This document shows positions 11,612 through 25,411 of a stretch of 38,909 bases of DNA, piece after piece. The stretch covers positions 1-38,909 of the forward strand of contig NW_021835836.1 of NCBI RefSeq assembly GCF_006345805.1, written 5' to 3'. Numbering within the stretch: the stretch's first letter is position 1; each line of letters begins with the position of its first letter. A model generated the notes under the pieces. That model was not told the origin of the DNA and made no database searches. It worked only from the letters and a program-made list of their open reading frames with translations. The DNA is from Octopus sinensis. Lineage: Eukaryota. Made by a program: the position numbers and the translations under genes.

Positions 11612-11692
11612 GTGTATATCTATATATATATATGTGTATATATATATCTATCGATATATATATATATATATATATAATATATATATATATAT
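11330..11692. repeat. Long interrupted (TA)n
   Basis: Directly visible. Confidence 0.95.
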
Positions 11693-11693
11693 A

Positions 11694-13550
11694 ACACAGA
11701 AACACGGGTCACTGTCTCCACTGTTGGCCATCTAATTGATGAAAATGGCACTCTCCAAGATAATGCCAAATCCATGGGCGAGATACTGCAGAAACAATAC
11801 TGCTCTGTTTTCAGCAATCCTGATTATGGCCGATCTGGGCTGTATCAGTGATGTCAACCCCCAACACACTATATCGGACATAACGTTTGTGTGCCCCTGA
11901 TGTCTTAGGCGGCGAAACGAAATAAACACATTCAGCAGTAGGCCCCGACAGGTTCCCTGCTTGTGTCCTGAAGGTGTGTCGACACCAACTTGCATCTCCC
12001 CTTTAATCTGTGGAGAAACTCACTGGATGCTGGCTATATTCCTAAAAACTTTCTGTCCCAGTCTGTTGTCACAGTCTTCAAAAAGGGAAACAAGTCCCTT
12101 GCAGTGAACTACCGCCCGATCTCACTCACCTCTCATATCATCAAGGTATTTGAGAGGGTGGTGAGATCTCGAATAACCCAATTTCTGGAAAGCAACAGAT
12201 GGCTGATCTCTAACCAACATGGGTTCCGTAATGGAAGGGACTGCCTAACCAGCTCCTGCATCACTTTGATGACATTTTGAGAGCTTTGGGAGAGGGCTCC
12301 AACACCGATGTCAACTACCTTGATTTCAGCAAGGCCTTCGACAGGGTTGATCATAAGATCCTATTGAAAAAACTATCCAACATTGGTGTCTCTGGAAAAT
12401 TACTGAAACGGATCAAGTGTTTCCTGACAGACAGATCTCAACATGTTGTAGTTGAAGGAGTAAAATCAAGCCCAGCCAAAGTCAGTAGTGGCGTTCCGCA
12501 AGGCACTGTGCTGGGCCCACTTCTTTTCATCATCTACATTAATGACATTAATGACATCATGAAGCACAGCAACATAAAAATCTTTGCAGATGATTCCAAG
12601 CTCCAGAACGTCATAAATGAGGCGAGTGACCGGACATGCCTCCAGTCAGATCTACTGGCTGTTATCCAATGGGCAGAAAAGAACAATATGCTGCTGAACG
12701 AGGATAAATTCGAGTTAATTCACTTTGGAAAAGAGGATGCCCTGAAACTCCCATACTCCCTTCCTTCAGGTGAAACTCTCGTTGCATCCAACAACATCAG
12801 AGACTTGGAGTAATTGTGGACAACACCGTAAGCTGGGCCACTCATAAACACCAAAGTTGACATCGCCGCCCGCAGAATGTGTTCCTGGATTCTCAGAACT
12901 TTCCAGTCGAGAGATATCCACACCATTATCCTTCTCTTCTCCACGTTTGCCCGACCCACCTTGAATACTGTTGTCCACTGTGGTCTCCCCCCACACAAAC
13001 AAGTATCATAAAAGTTGAAGCACCTCAAAGGTCAATCACAAAAAGATAGATGGCATGACAGGCCTCGACTATTGGGGTCGACTAGAAAAGCTAAAACTTA
13101 TTCTCTCCAACGTCACTGTGAGCGCTACATCATCTACATGATGTGGAAAATATTCCATCAGCATTGCCCAAATGATGTTGGCATCACCTTTAAGGTACAT
13201 CCAAGGCTTGGGCCCCGTGCCATCCGCCCCAACAAAATCGCACTCTCTCATCTCATAACACAATACGGCACAATTATTTCACCTCAATTGGCCCCGCTCT
13301 CTTTAACATTACACACCAAAACACATTAAAACAGAAACAGACCCTATAGGGTTCAAGAAGTCTTTGGACAGATTCCTTCAAGAAATCCCGGATAAACCTC
13401 CTACACCCGGATATGTCTCTGTAAACAATAACTCTCTACTTGAGTAGCCATAGTGCCCAAATTCTGACTTGAAAGACTTCACCAGGTGGTGCTATTAAGT
13501 TAGACATGGCCTGGGCCAATAATGGCCGAAACCTATCAAAGTATCAAAGT
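11694..13550 (+). mobile_element. 5'-truncated CR1-group LINE, frameshifted RT pseudogene
   Basis: NYRPISLTSHIIKVFERVV, QHGFRNGR, YLDFSKAFDRVDH, SGVPQGTVLGPLLFIIYINDI, IFADDSKL, RDL; 3' stem-loop at 13505-13532 and (ATCAAAGT)2 tail at 13535-13550. Confidence 0.92.
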
Positions 13551-13551
13551 A

Positions 13552-13553
13552 TA

Positions 13554-13594
<41 letters not shown>

Positions 13595-13645
13595 TTATAT
13601 ATATGTTTATATATATATATGTCTGTCGTCTCTGTATGAGACTCC

Positions 13646-13716
<71 letters not shown>

Positions 13717-13717
13717 A

Positions 13718-13766
<49 letters not shown>

Positions 13767-13824
13767 ACTATCTATTTCCATCTAACTATCTATCTATCAA
13801 TCTATCTCCACCTATCTATCTTTA

Positions 13825-13858
<34 letters not shown>

Positions 13859-13895
13859 CCATATATATATATATATATATATACATATATATAGC
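13552..13895. repeat. (TA)n, (CTAT)n and (CT)n microsatellites
   Basis: Directly visible. Confidence 0.95.
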
Positions 13896-14089
13896 TATTA
13901 ATCTGTCTCTGTATCCCTCTATCTACAGAGAAAAAGGAGTAGAGAAATCATTGTGCATTTTATTCAATTACTGCGTTCATTATATTCATGCGTACATATT
14001 CTAACTGTGTAGTTTTCACATCGTACAAATATTGGTGCATATGATTACAAGTACATGTAGATAAACTAATACAAACACATATACATATG

Positions 14090-14201
14090 CACAAACGTAT
14101 ATGCATATGTAATATAATATATTATGTACGCATGCACATGCACACATATAGATTATATGTCGAACAAACGCATATATATGTATATATATTATATATATAT
14201 C

Positions 14202-14294
<93 letters not shown>

Positions 14295-14445
14295 CACAGA
14301 AGACCACACAGGCAGATATATATACATTTATGCACACAAATATATACACATTCATGTTCGCATTACGCACATAAATATTTTTTAAACGTTATCTAAATTT
14401 GAAAAAGAAAAATATCAGAAAACAAGTACAACGATTTGCAGTAAT

Positions 14446-14485
<40 letters not shown>

Positions 14486-14653
14486 GCAACAACAACAGTG
14501 TCAATAACAAGAAAAATCTGCATTGGCAACAAGACACCAGGAAACAAAGAAAACAAAAACAGTCCAAAATAATAATTGCCACTCTCACTTCCTTTCACTG
14601 TGTGTGTGTGTGTATATGTAAGTGCTTATATATATATATCTTATATATATTAT

Positions 14654-14727
<74 letters not shown>

Positions 14728-15084
14728 ATATATATAGTGTATATATACATATATATACATGTATATGCATATATATACTTATATATATATATATGTATAT
14801 ATATATATGCATATATGTGCATATGTACATATGTATACATATATATATGTATATAATGTATATATAGTATAATATATATAATATATATAATATATATATA
14901 TATATATATGAATATATGTATATGTATATACGTTATACAGTGACTTATAAATTTGTTTCTATTATCTGAGGTGTTTACATGTGGCAATTCTAGTATCTTT
15001 TTCTTTAACATTCTGCCATGTTTGCAGATCAAACATTCGATACTGATCAAGAGATTGCGATATGGCATTTTACATATGTACACA

Positions 15085-15147
<63 letters not shown>

Positions 15148-16042
15148 ACACACACACACACAAACATACACACATATGCATATGTGTATACATACATAGA
15201 ACTGTATTTTATCATACCTCAGTATACATCGAATAAAGCGGAGTGGGTCGGGTGTGGTATCATCTTTATCACATACGCCATTACTATTACTATTATTATT
15301 TATTATTCTTATTATCATTATTATTATTATTATTATATTATTATTATATTATTATTATTATATTATTATTATTATTATTATTATTATTATCATTATTATT
15401 ATTATCATTATTATTATATTATTATCATATATTATATTATTATCACTATTAATTATTATTATTATCATTATTATTATTATTATTATTATTATTACTTTTA
15501 GTATTAGTATTAAGTTTGTGTTGTTATTTTGTCTTTGTTCTGTCACGATTACATTGAGCCCTTGTGGCAAATGGGAAAAATTAAAAATATTTTTTGCCAA
15601 TTTTATCACTAATTCCGTTGTCATTTTGATAAATAAAATACTATTCTTCTTACTATTTAATTATCATCACATCATCATCATCATCATCATTATGATTGTT
15701 ATTATTATTATTGTTGTTGTTGTTGTTGTTGTTTTGTTTTTGTAGTTGTTCCTGCTGCTGTTGATTTTATAATAATCAGTAAGAACTGATTATTATTATT
15801 ATCATTATTAATAACTATCATCATAGCTATTACTATTCTCATTATTTTTATCATAATCATCGTCATCATTATCAGTGTTATACTGGTATCATTGTTGTTG
15901 CTGCTGCTGTTGTTGTTGTTATTGTTAGTTTTATAATTCAAAAGAAAATCATAGACAATTGAATGACACTCAAAATATTTTTTTGTTTGAAAGAAATGGA
16001 AAACAAGAAATTTTTTTCTTGAATATAATGCTGTATGCATGC

Positions 16043-16092
<50 letters not shown>

Positions 16093-16142
16093 TATATTTA
16101 TATGTGTGTATGTAATATATATAGTATGCATATATATATAAT

Positions 16143-16187
<45 letters not shown>

Positions 16188-16207
16188 GTATATATATATA
16201 TATATAT

Positions 16208-16283
<76 letters not shown>

Positions 16284-16293
16284 TGTGTGTGTG
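14090..16293. repeat. Microsatellite-dominated block: (TA)n, (GA)n, (AAC)n, (CA)n, (ATT)n, with short unique spacers
   Basis: Directly visible. Confidence 0.9.
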
Positions 16294-16572
16294 TGGAGGC
16301 GCAATGGCCCAGTGGTTAGGGCAGCGGACACGCTGTCGTAGGATCGCGGTTTCGATTCCCAGACCGGGCGTTGTGAGTGTTTATTGAGCGAAAACACCTA
16401 AAGCTCCACGAGGCCCCGGCAGGGGTTGGGGATGGCAATCCCTGCTGTACTCTTTCGCCACAACTTTCTTTCAGTCTTTCTTCTGTTGGCCTGCTCGCCT
16501 AGCCAGCGGGGTGGCGTCATTTCAAGGCCAGCAATGTGAAGCAACATCTGATAGCCTGGTCGGTCACGTGAG

Positions 16573-16580
<8 letters not shown>
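16294..16580 (+). mobile_element. tRNA-derived SINE family C, full length, tail type 1
   Basis: A box TGGCCCAGTGG (16305-16315), B box GGTTTCGATTCC (16348-16359); first ~190 bp shared with the minus copy at 33808-33995; ends in (CACGTGA)-like repeats. Confidence 0.9.
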
Positions 16581-16621
<41 letters not shown>

Positions 16622-16671
16622 AATGCATATATACATACATATATATATAAGCATGTATGTATGTATGTATA

Positions 16672-16870
16672 TATTCTTTTATTTGTTTCAGTCATTTGAC
16701 TGCAGTCATGCTTGAGCGCCACCTTTAGTCGAGTAAATCAACCCCTAGGACTTACTCTTCGTAAGTCTAGTACTTACTCTATCGGTCTCTTTTGCCGAAC
16801 CACTAAGTTACGAGGAGGTAAACACACCGGCATCGGTTGTGAAGCGATCTTGGGGGCCAAACACAGACAC
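16672..16870 (-). mobile_element. SINE family A 3' module
   Basis: Reverse complement contains CGTAACTTAGTGGTTCGGCAAAAGAGACCGATAGAG...CATGACTGCAGTCAAATGACTGAAAC; followed on the plus strand by (TACA)n. Confidence 0.85.
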
Positions 16871-17194
16871 ACAAACACATACATACATACATACATACAT
16901 ACATACATACATACATACATACATACATACATACATACGTACATACATACATATATACATGTAAACCTGCAGTACGAACACACAAATCGTCCCATCTTTG
17001 AGGTAATTCAGTTAATAAAATCAGTTTACATATTTCTTTTGCATACTCTTTTTTTTTTATAATTGTCATTTTACTTGTAAATAAACTTTTCCTGTTTTAA
17101 AACCCATAAAAATTATTTTTTGAGTGTTTGGGGGTGCTGGAACGGATTTATTATATTTTCGTTAATTTCAATGGAGAATATTAATTTGCAAATC

Positions 17195-17430
17195 ATCATC
17201 ATTGTCCGACCGTAGTCGAGACAATGGAATTTACTATGTTACGCCAGACTTCACGGTCCATCATAGCATTACGGAGTTCCTGTTGCTAGATGCCTGTATC
17301 CCTGGAGATTACATCAGGGTAGGAGAGTGTGTGCCCTCTGGTATCGCGAGCAGATGGCTTCCAGAGGAGAAGAGTAGAAATTACCCCGTTTTCAGCTCTA
17401 CAACAATGTCCAGCAAACTGGACTCACCTG
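17195..17430 (-). mobile_element. RTE-clade LINE 3' end fragment
   Basis: Minus frame reads VQFAGHCCRAENGVISTLLLWKP...DVISRDTGI*QQELRNAMMDREVWRNIV...*, followed by a (TGA)n tail; typical RTE C-terminus. Confidence 0.85.
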
Positions 17431-17595
17431 TATCATCTCTAATTTGCAAAAGTAGTAAATCGTAAAACGAGCTTGGTCATGGAACGACATAAACTCGTAC
17501 TGCGAGGTATTAGTGTATTTGTATTCTCACTTTCTTCACTTCACAGGTGAAGGGGGAGAAGGAGGGGGAGGGGCGAGATGGGATATAAAGTATAC

Positions 17596-17707
17596 ATCAC
17601 GGTATCGACCAGGCTATCAGACTATCGGATGTTGTTATACATCGCTGGTCTCAATGCGCTTTGCATTGTTTTAGCTTTCGAATGACGCCCCCATTTCGCT
17701 GGCTAAT
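17596..17707 (-). mobile_element. SINE family C tail type 1 fragment
   Basis: Reverse complement matches 16495-16570 (AGCCAGCG...GGCGTCATT...CTGATAGCCTGGTCG). Confidence 0.7.
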
Positions 17708-18120
17708 AAAGTATACATAATATACAAAATATATGGACAAATCTATGATTCAGTCTTCCTGATACAGAAGAGCTTCCGTTTAGGGCCAATCGAGGAACCC
17801 CACAGATCCAGGATTTCCCTGACCACCAAAGGCACGAACCCTCGCCCAGCTGCTGTTCTCCAATCTATAGAGCTATGTTTAGAGTAGTTCTATTCAACCT
17901 GACCATTTTTCTGTCAGTCATTCACCTTTTGATAAATTTACTGGAGAGGGAGGGAGTGAAGGAGGGAGCGTTTTCATCTCCATCTTCTCTTTCCTTTCCA
18001 AGTGGAATGTGAAAAGTTCGATAAGGGCTTCACCAAAAAATAAGGTGTCTGTCTGCCATCCATCCCTCCAATCTCGTCTCGCTGTCAATAAAAGTTTTGA
18101 GGAAAATCGAGTCCTAAATG

Positions 18121-18507
18121 AAACAAGAACACTCAGAGAGTGCAAATCTTCGCCAAGGCAACATCAATGTCTTCTCAACGATTAACCAGAGATGATTTTT
18201 AAAATGAGAATATCTGAAATAAACTCGACTGCTCTCACAAGGGAAATTACTAAAAATGAATCCGACCGCTCTCAAAAATTAAGTAAAAAAAACAAAAAAA
18301 AAACAGGAAAAATAATCCAGAATCCTTGTCCGATAACAGATTGATCCTGAAATCTAATCAGTTCGTACCAGTCACGAAGCCAAACATCCCTGAAGGCTTC
18401 ATCCGAATCCATCCAGTGGTTCTTGAGATATCTTGTCCACGGACAAACAAGCAAACAAACACGACTGAAAAACAATACCTCCGCTTTCGCTAAGGCGGAG
18501 GTAATAA
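18121..18507 (-). mobile_element. Helentron/DINE-1-like non-autonomous element (HINE-like)
   Basis: On the minus strand: 5' hairpin TACCTCCGC/GCGGAGGTA (18476-18503), (GTTT)n microsatellite, degenerate 3' sub-terminal repeat TTGGCGAAGAT, short 3' hairpin CACTC-TCT-GAGTG, and ends in TT context. Confidence 0.7.
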
Positions 18508-18509
18508 AG

Positions 18510-18890
18510 ACCCATCTATATAATGGAATCTATTTGAAATTCCCAATACAGTGACCTGGACGTGAACAGAATTGGAATAGACAACGAAGACTAGGATCAA
18601 ACGAGATACCAGTCGAATACTGAGGTTTATTTGATATACCTACAAAACACCCCAGAAACAGATGGAATTATTATAGGAGACTAAGAGCATGATTAAATAG
18701 AGTATCAGTGAAGTACTGGGGTCTTGTTAGTATTCCTATAAAATATTCTAGATGTGGATGCAATTATAATGCGAAACTATGGCTAACATAAAATTAATAC
18801 CAGTCAAATACCGAAGACTATTTTGTACCCTATAAAAAATATTCTAGATGTAAATGGAATTGAAATTGCAGAAGAACAAAGTTAAATGAA
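18510..18890. repeat. Degenerate tandem repeat of about 96 bp, 3-4 units
   Basis: ATACCAGTC-like motif at 18606/18702/18797; GATGGAATT-like motif at 18565/18661/18757/18853; AAATATTCTAGATGT in two units. Confidence 0.6.
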
Positions 18891-19475
18891 ATTTCGGGAC
18901 GGCTTAATGTCAACGGACGTAATTAATCGATCAACAAGGCAGTAACTCGAATTCTTGCAGCTATTTTGGCATCGGTAGTGCCAACAGGTAAAATCCAAAG
19001 TTAAGACAGTTGAAAAAAGACCATAATAAAGAACAGCACAATATCTCAATGTTGATGCTAAGGTGGACGATGACAATTTCAGATAATATCTCCTTTTTCG
19101 TTGCATACAAGTAATGGATGAAAGTTGTCGAAATAAACGAGAGAGTATGACAAGCGGGAGAAAAAATGGCGACAGCTACAACGACGACAACAACAGCAAT
19201 ATACGTGAGATAGAAGAGCGGAAAACATGAAGGGTATTAAAGACAATAAAAGCATTCACAACTGAGATGATGCAAGCCATAAATGCCAACCACAACGGTA
19301 TCTCCATCTGAAAAGAATTCTGTAGTTTACATAAAGATATATTTTAATTCGTCAGCATCCGTTGTCCACATCACGTGATTAATACAAGTGCGGCCTTATA
19401 CATGGTACAACAGCTATGTATATACATATACACACGCGTTCTTTATATATATATATATATATATATATAGCAATG

Positions 19476-19512
<37 letters not shown>

Positions 19513-19599
19513 GAGAGAGAGAGAGAGATAGATAGATATAGATATATAGATATATAGATAGATATACACATATATATATATACATATATATAAATAGCA

Positions 19600-19637
<38 letters not shown>

Positions 19638-19682
19638 GTATATATACATGCATTTATACATACACACACCTATATATATATT

Positions 19683-19895
19683 CCTTTATTCTTTTACTTG
19701 ATTCGGTCAGTTGACTGCGTCCATGCTGGAGCATGAAAGGTTTTCGTCGAAGAAATCGACCTCAGACCTTATCATAATTTTTGCCTAGTATATATTCTAC
19801 TGCTCTCTTTTGCCAAACCGCTAAGTTAATAGAACGTAAACAAACCAATACAGGTGTCAAGCTGTATGGTGAGAGGGGGAACACAGACACAAACA
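19683..19895 (-). mobile_element. SINE family A 3' module
   Basis: Reverse complement includes TTAACTTAGCGGTTTGGCAAAAGAGAGC and TCCAGCATGGACGCAGTCAACTGACCGAATC with a GTAAAAGAA tail. Confidence 0.8.
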
Positions 19896-20161
19896 CACAC
19901 ATAGATGCATACGTACATATATATATTGTTATCTGTGGAGTCATATTTTGCAGCGAAAAGAAATAACGGTCTCTTGGCTGCTATTTCTAAATTTCCGGTA
20001 TGTGGTGAAGCAACTTGTTGCTAAAACCTTAATTAGTGCTATAATTATATATAAAACTTCTTGTATAAGTTTTTACCGAATATGGTTCTTTTCCATACCG
20101 AACCTACTTGGTAAAATTTATTAATTATAAATTAATAATTTTTTACCCTATATCTATAATG

Positions 20162-20204
<43 letters not shown>

Positions 20205-20206
<2 letters not shown>

Positions 20207-20312
20207 GACGGAAGCTTCTTTCCGTTTCCGTCAACCAAATCGACTCACAGACGTGTCACGCAGTGGGAGTGAACCAGAAAACAAGTGGTTTGGAAGAAAG
20301 CTTCTTACCACA
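20205..20312 (-). mobile_element. SINE family A 5' module with internal deletion
   Basis: Reverse complement TGTGGTAAGAAGCTTTCTTCC...GGTTCACTCCCACTGCGTGAC joined directly to TGTGAGTCGATTTGGTTGACGGAAACGG; the middle of the body is missing. Confidence 0.8.
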
Positions 20313-20333
20313 TTTGTAAATATAATACATGAC

Positions 20334-20464
20334 ATTATTCGGTAGCCTTGATAAAACTCCGAGTTTCGGATGTCAGGGAGGAAACCCACGCCGCCATCTC
20401 TTCAGTTATCGGTCCATCGCACCGACATCCGAAACTCGGTGTTTTATCAAGGCTACCGAATAAT
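20334..20464. repeat. 41-bp inverted repeat (1 mismatch) around a 49-bp spacer
   Basis: ATTATTCGGTAGCCTTGATAAAACTCCGAGTTTCGGATGTC (20334-20374) vs GACATCCGAAACTCGGTGTTTTATCAAGGCTACCGAATAAT (20424-20464). Confidence 0.95.
20350..20410 (-). ncRNA. Minimal type I hammerhead ribozyme motif
   Basis: GATAA-CTGAAGA-GATG...CATC-C-GAA-ACTCGGAGT-T-TTATC: 5-bp stem I, intact core, quasi-palindromic stem III, GUU triplet; one unpaired C at the base of stem II. Confidence 0.7.
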
Positions 20465-20474
20465 TGTCACATAT

Positions 20475-20521
<47 letters not shown>

Positions 20522-20602
20522 ATATTTCGGAATGGTCATTTACATGTAACACGTCCTCGTTTTGTTGCTTTTTCTGTTTGGTCTTCGTTTTGGGGATTTA
20601 CT

Positions 20603-20641
<39 letters not shown>

Positions 20642-20827
20642 AGATGGATAGATGGATGGATGTATTTATGTATGTATACTGAGACTTAGTGTGACACAGA
20701 ATGCAATAAGGCTGGCCCTTGTATATACATGTATGTATCTATGCAAATATATTTGTTCTGCCTCCAATTACAGGAACTTCCTTTCTCTTTCTCTTTTCTT
20801 TCCTTTTCGCAATCTGTCTCTCTCTCC

Positions 20828-23243
<2,416 letters not shown>

Positions 23244-23256
23244 GTATATATATATA

Positions 23257-23308
<52 letters not shown>

Positions 23309-23639
23309 ATGTATATATACATACATATATATATATTATGGTGGGGGGTTTCGTGCTTGCCGAAGAATATATGTACCGCCAGAAGAAAACAAAACAAGTC
23401 ATAAGCACGTGTCAACCACAAAACAGTGGCAAAGCTGCCGCAGCCCCACATCAAACCCCCACCTCCACCACCACCATCACCTCTCCGCCACCGCCAACAC
23501 CACCACCACCATCACTTCCACCAGCACCAGAACAACAACAACAATAACATAACGAACGTAAATGAGAAAACAAACTCGAAGCGCGTACAAAATTTGATTT
23601 TAATTGAATTTGAAAGCCAAACATAGTAATGAAGTAATG

Positions 23640-23744
23640 TGTACAGGTGAGAGGTGTAAGACAGGTAGACTAATGAAGACATGTATACAGGTGAGCGGCG
23701 AATGAGTGCTTGTCTAATAAAGTCATATGTACAGGTGAGAGGTG
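23640..23744. repeat. 44-bp tandem repeat, about 2.5 units
   Basis: TGTACAGGTGAGAGGTG at 23640 and 23728; TATACAGGTGAGCGGCG at 23684. Confidence 0.7.
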
Positions 23745-24081
23745 AAAGGTGTGAAAAAATAACCCAACAAAATATCATCTTGGGGAAAAAACAACCACTA
23801 CCACAGAGTATTTTAAATAATATTTTCTGTCACAAAACAAAGAAACATAGCTTTAGAATTGTTATTGTCGTTATTTTGTTATTATTTGTGTTGTTGTTTA
23901 TGTTGCTATTGTTGTTGGCGGTGGTGGTTGTGGTGGTAGTTGTGGTAGTAGGGTGTGATGGTTTGACGCCTGCACCAACACAAGAACATTTTCTTCCCCG
24001 TCGTCTAGAAAACGCTACATCACTATCCAAACAAATTTGGAAATTAGTGGATCAAGAAGAATTAGAAAAATTGCGTGTGGT

Positions 24082-24277
24082 ATGCTGAAAAGTTCCTAGT
24101 TGGAGGGTGCTGAAAGGCCTAGCTGGAGGCCCAAATTTTCGATTTCTTTTATAGAGCTTAGAAAAACTGAAGGTCCGCTGCAATAGTTTGTGAATCTGAA
24201 ATGGGAATATGTTGAATAAAAGCCTAATTAACTGATTCTTTAACCTGAAGCCAGGAACTTTTCAGCATCCCCTCGTA
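24082..24277 (+). mobile_element. Internally deleted mariner derivative (MITE-like)
   Basis: Right TIR AGCCAGGAACTTTTCAGCATCCCCTCGTA (24249-24277, ends in TA); truncated left TIR ATGCTGAAAAGTTCCTAGT; internal frame ..RKTEGPLQ*FVNLKWEYVE* resembles the mariner transposase C-terminus. Confidence 0.8.
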
Positions 24278-24815
24278 GGGCCAGCGTCTAGAAGTTCAGG
24301 TAAATGCTTTTCGACCACTTTCTCGTAGATAAATTTTTTTAGTATTCGTCCATCTCTATTCCTAAGTGAGCAACAAAATATCAAGTGTTCATCTGAAATT
24401 CGAGATATTTACTACCATTATTGTTGGTTAACTTCAAAGCAAAACGATCTGAAAAGTTTCGACATCATTGATCATGTGACCGCACAAATTTGTCCAACGT
24501 TTTTCTTTTTCTAAAATATCCTTAATTACCATTTAATTAATTTAGAAATACCTTAATTACTATTTAGTTAATTTAGAATCACAAATGCGTACGATTGACT
24601 GGGTATGTGATATTCATATATGTGAAACTGCAATCGTCCTGAGAGTGTCCGTGCAATTAGAAGATAACTTCCTGCGGAAGGCGTTTAAATTTTAAGAACA
24701 CCAAACAAGAGGAATAACTCTAATGACATCAGCTAATCGAAATTTTTTTTAATAAACAAACACGAGTTCTGAGTGGATCCTGCATTTAAAGCTAACTGGG
24801 GATACAAATGGAAAG

Positions 24816-24845
24816 GTTTCGATCTTGTTAGATCTCATCAGCGAA
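24816..24845 (-). ncRNA. Partial hammerhead ribozyme motif
   Basis: TTCG-CTGATGA-GATCT-AACA-AGATC-GAAAC: perfect core halves and 5-bp stem II, but no convincing stem III or stem I partner. Confidence 0.45.
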
Positions 24846-24855
24846 GCATTATGTG

Positions 24856-25200
24856 CATGAGTGTGTGTGTGTGTATGAGTATGTGTGAGAACGTTTCTGT
24901 GTGTGAGTAAACGTGTATGTATGAGTGTGTGTGTGTGTGTGTGACTATGTGTGAATGTTTATGCATGTGTATATGAGTGTATGTGTGTCAGTTTATGTGA
25001 GTGAGTGTGTGTGAGTGTGTGTGGGAGTGTGTATGTGTGTGTAAGTATGTGTGTGAGTGTGTCTGCGTGTGAGAATATGTGTGTGAGTGGGGGTGTGAGT
25101 GTATGTGTGTATCTGAGTGTGTGTGTTAGTGTGTGTGTTTGTATATGTGTGTGTGTGAGAGACTAAATGGATGTGAGTGTGTGTGTGTGTGTGTGTGTGT
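24856..25200. repeat. Degenerate (GT)n/(GTGA)n tract
   Basis: Directly visible. Confidence 0.9.
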
Positions 25201-25220
25201 GAACAAGACACGTTATTACT

Positions 25221-25406
25221 CGTTGCTCCATTTCACTCAACCGACAATAAATGAGTTGTACCAGTAATTCAAAGGGGGCTAGCCTTGTTACATTGTGTGT
25301 CACGCTAAATCACATTGAGAGCTACGTAAAGTGTACGAGTGTCTGTAGAGTTCTCAGCTACTTACCCGTTAATTTCACGAGTAGGCTGTTCCGTTAATCG
25401 GATCAC
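25221..25406 (+). mobile_element. SINE family C tail type 2 fragment
   Basis: Matches the reverse complement of 33660-33810 (TTCAAAGGG..GCCTTGT..GTTAATTTCACGAG.AGGCTGTTCCGTT.ATCGGATCA). Confidence 0.75.
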
Positions 25407-25411
25407 CGATT

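Noticed and set aside
16294-16365. tRNA-like sequences here and at 188, 33446, 33925-33995, 37777 and 38740-38808
   Set aside because: They have A/B boxes but no complete cloverleaf or acceptor stem and continue into SINE bodies; these are SINE heads, not tRNA genes.
17202-17465. 87-aa plus-strand ORF with protein-like composition
   Set aside because: It is antisense to the RTE LINE C-terminus read on the minus strand.
17428-17499. 72-nt minus-strand exon candidate (CGCAG|...CAG|GTGAGT, open frame YEFMSFHDQARFTIYYFCKLEMIQ)
   Set aside because: The donor coincides with the 5' edge of the RTE fragment (AGG TGA GTC CAG), the pyrimidine tract is weak, and there is no homology.
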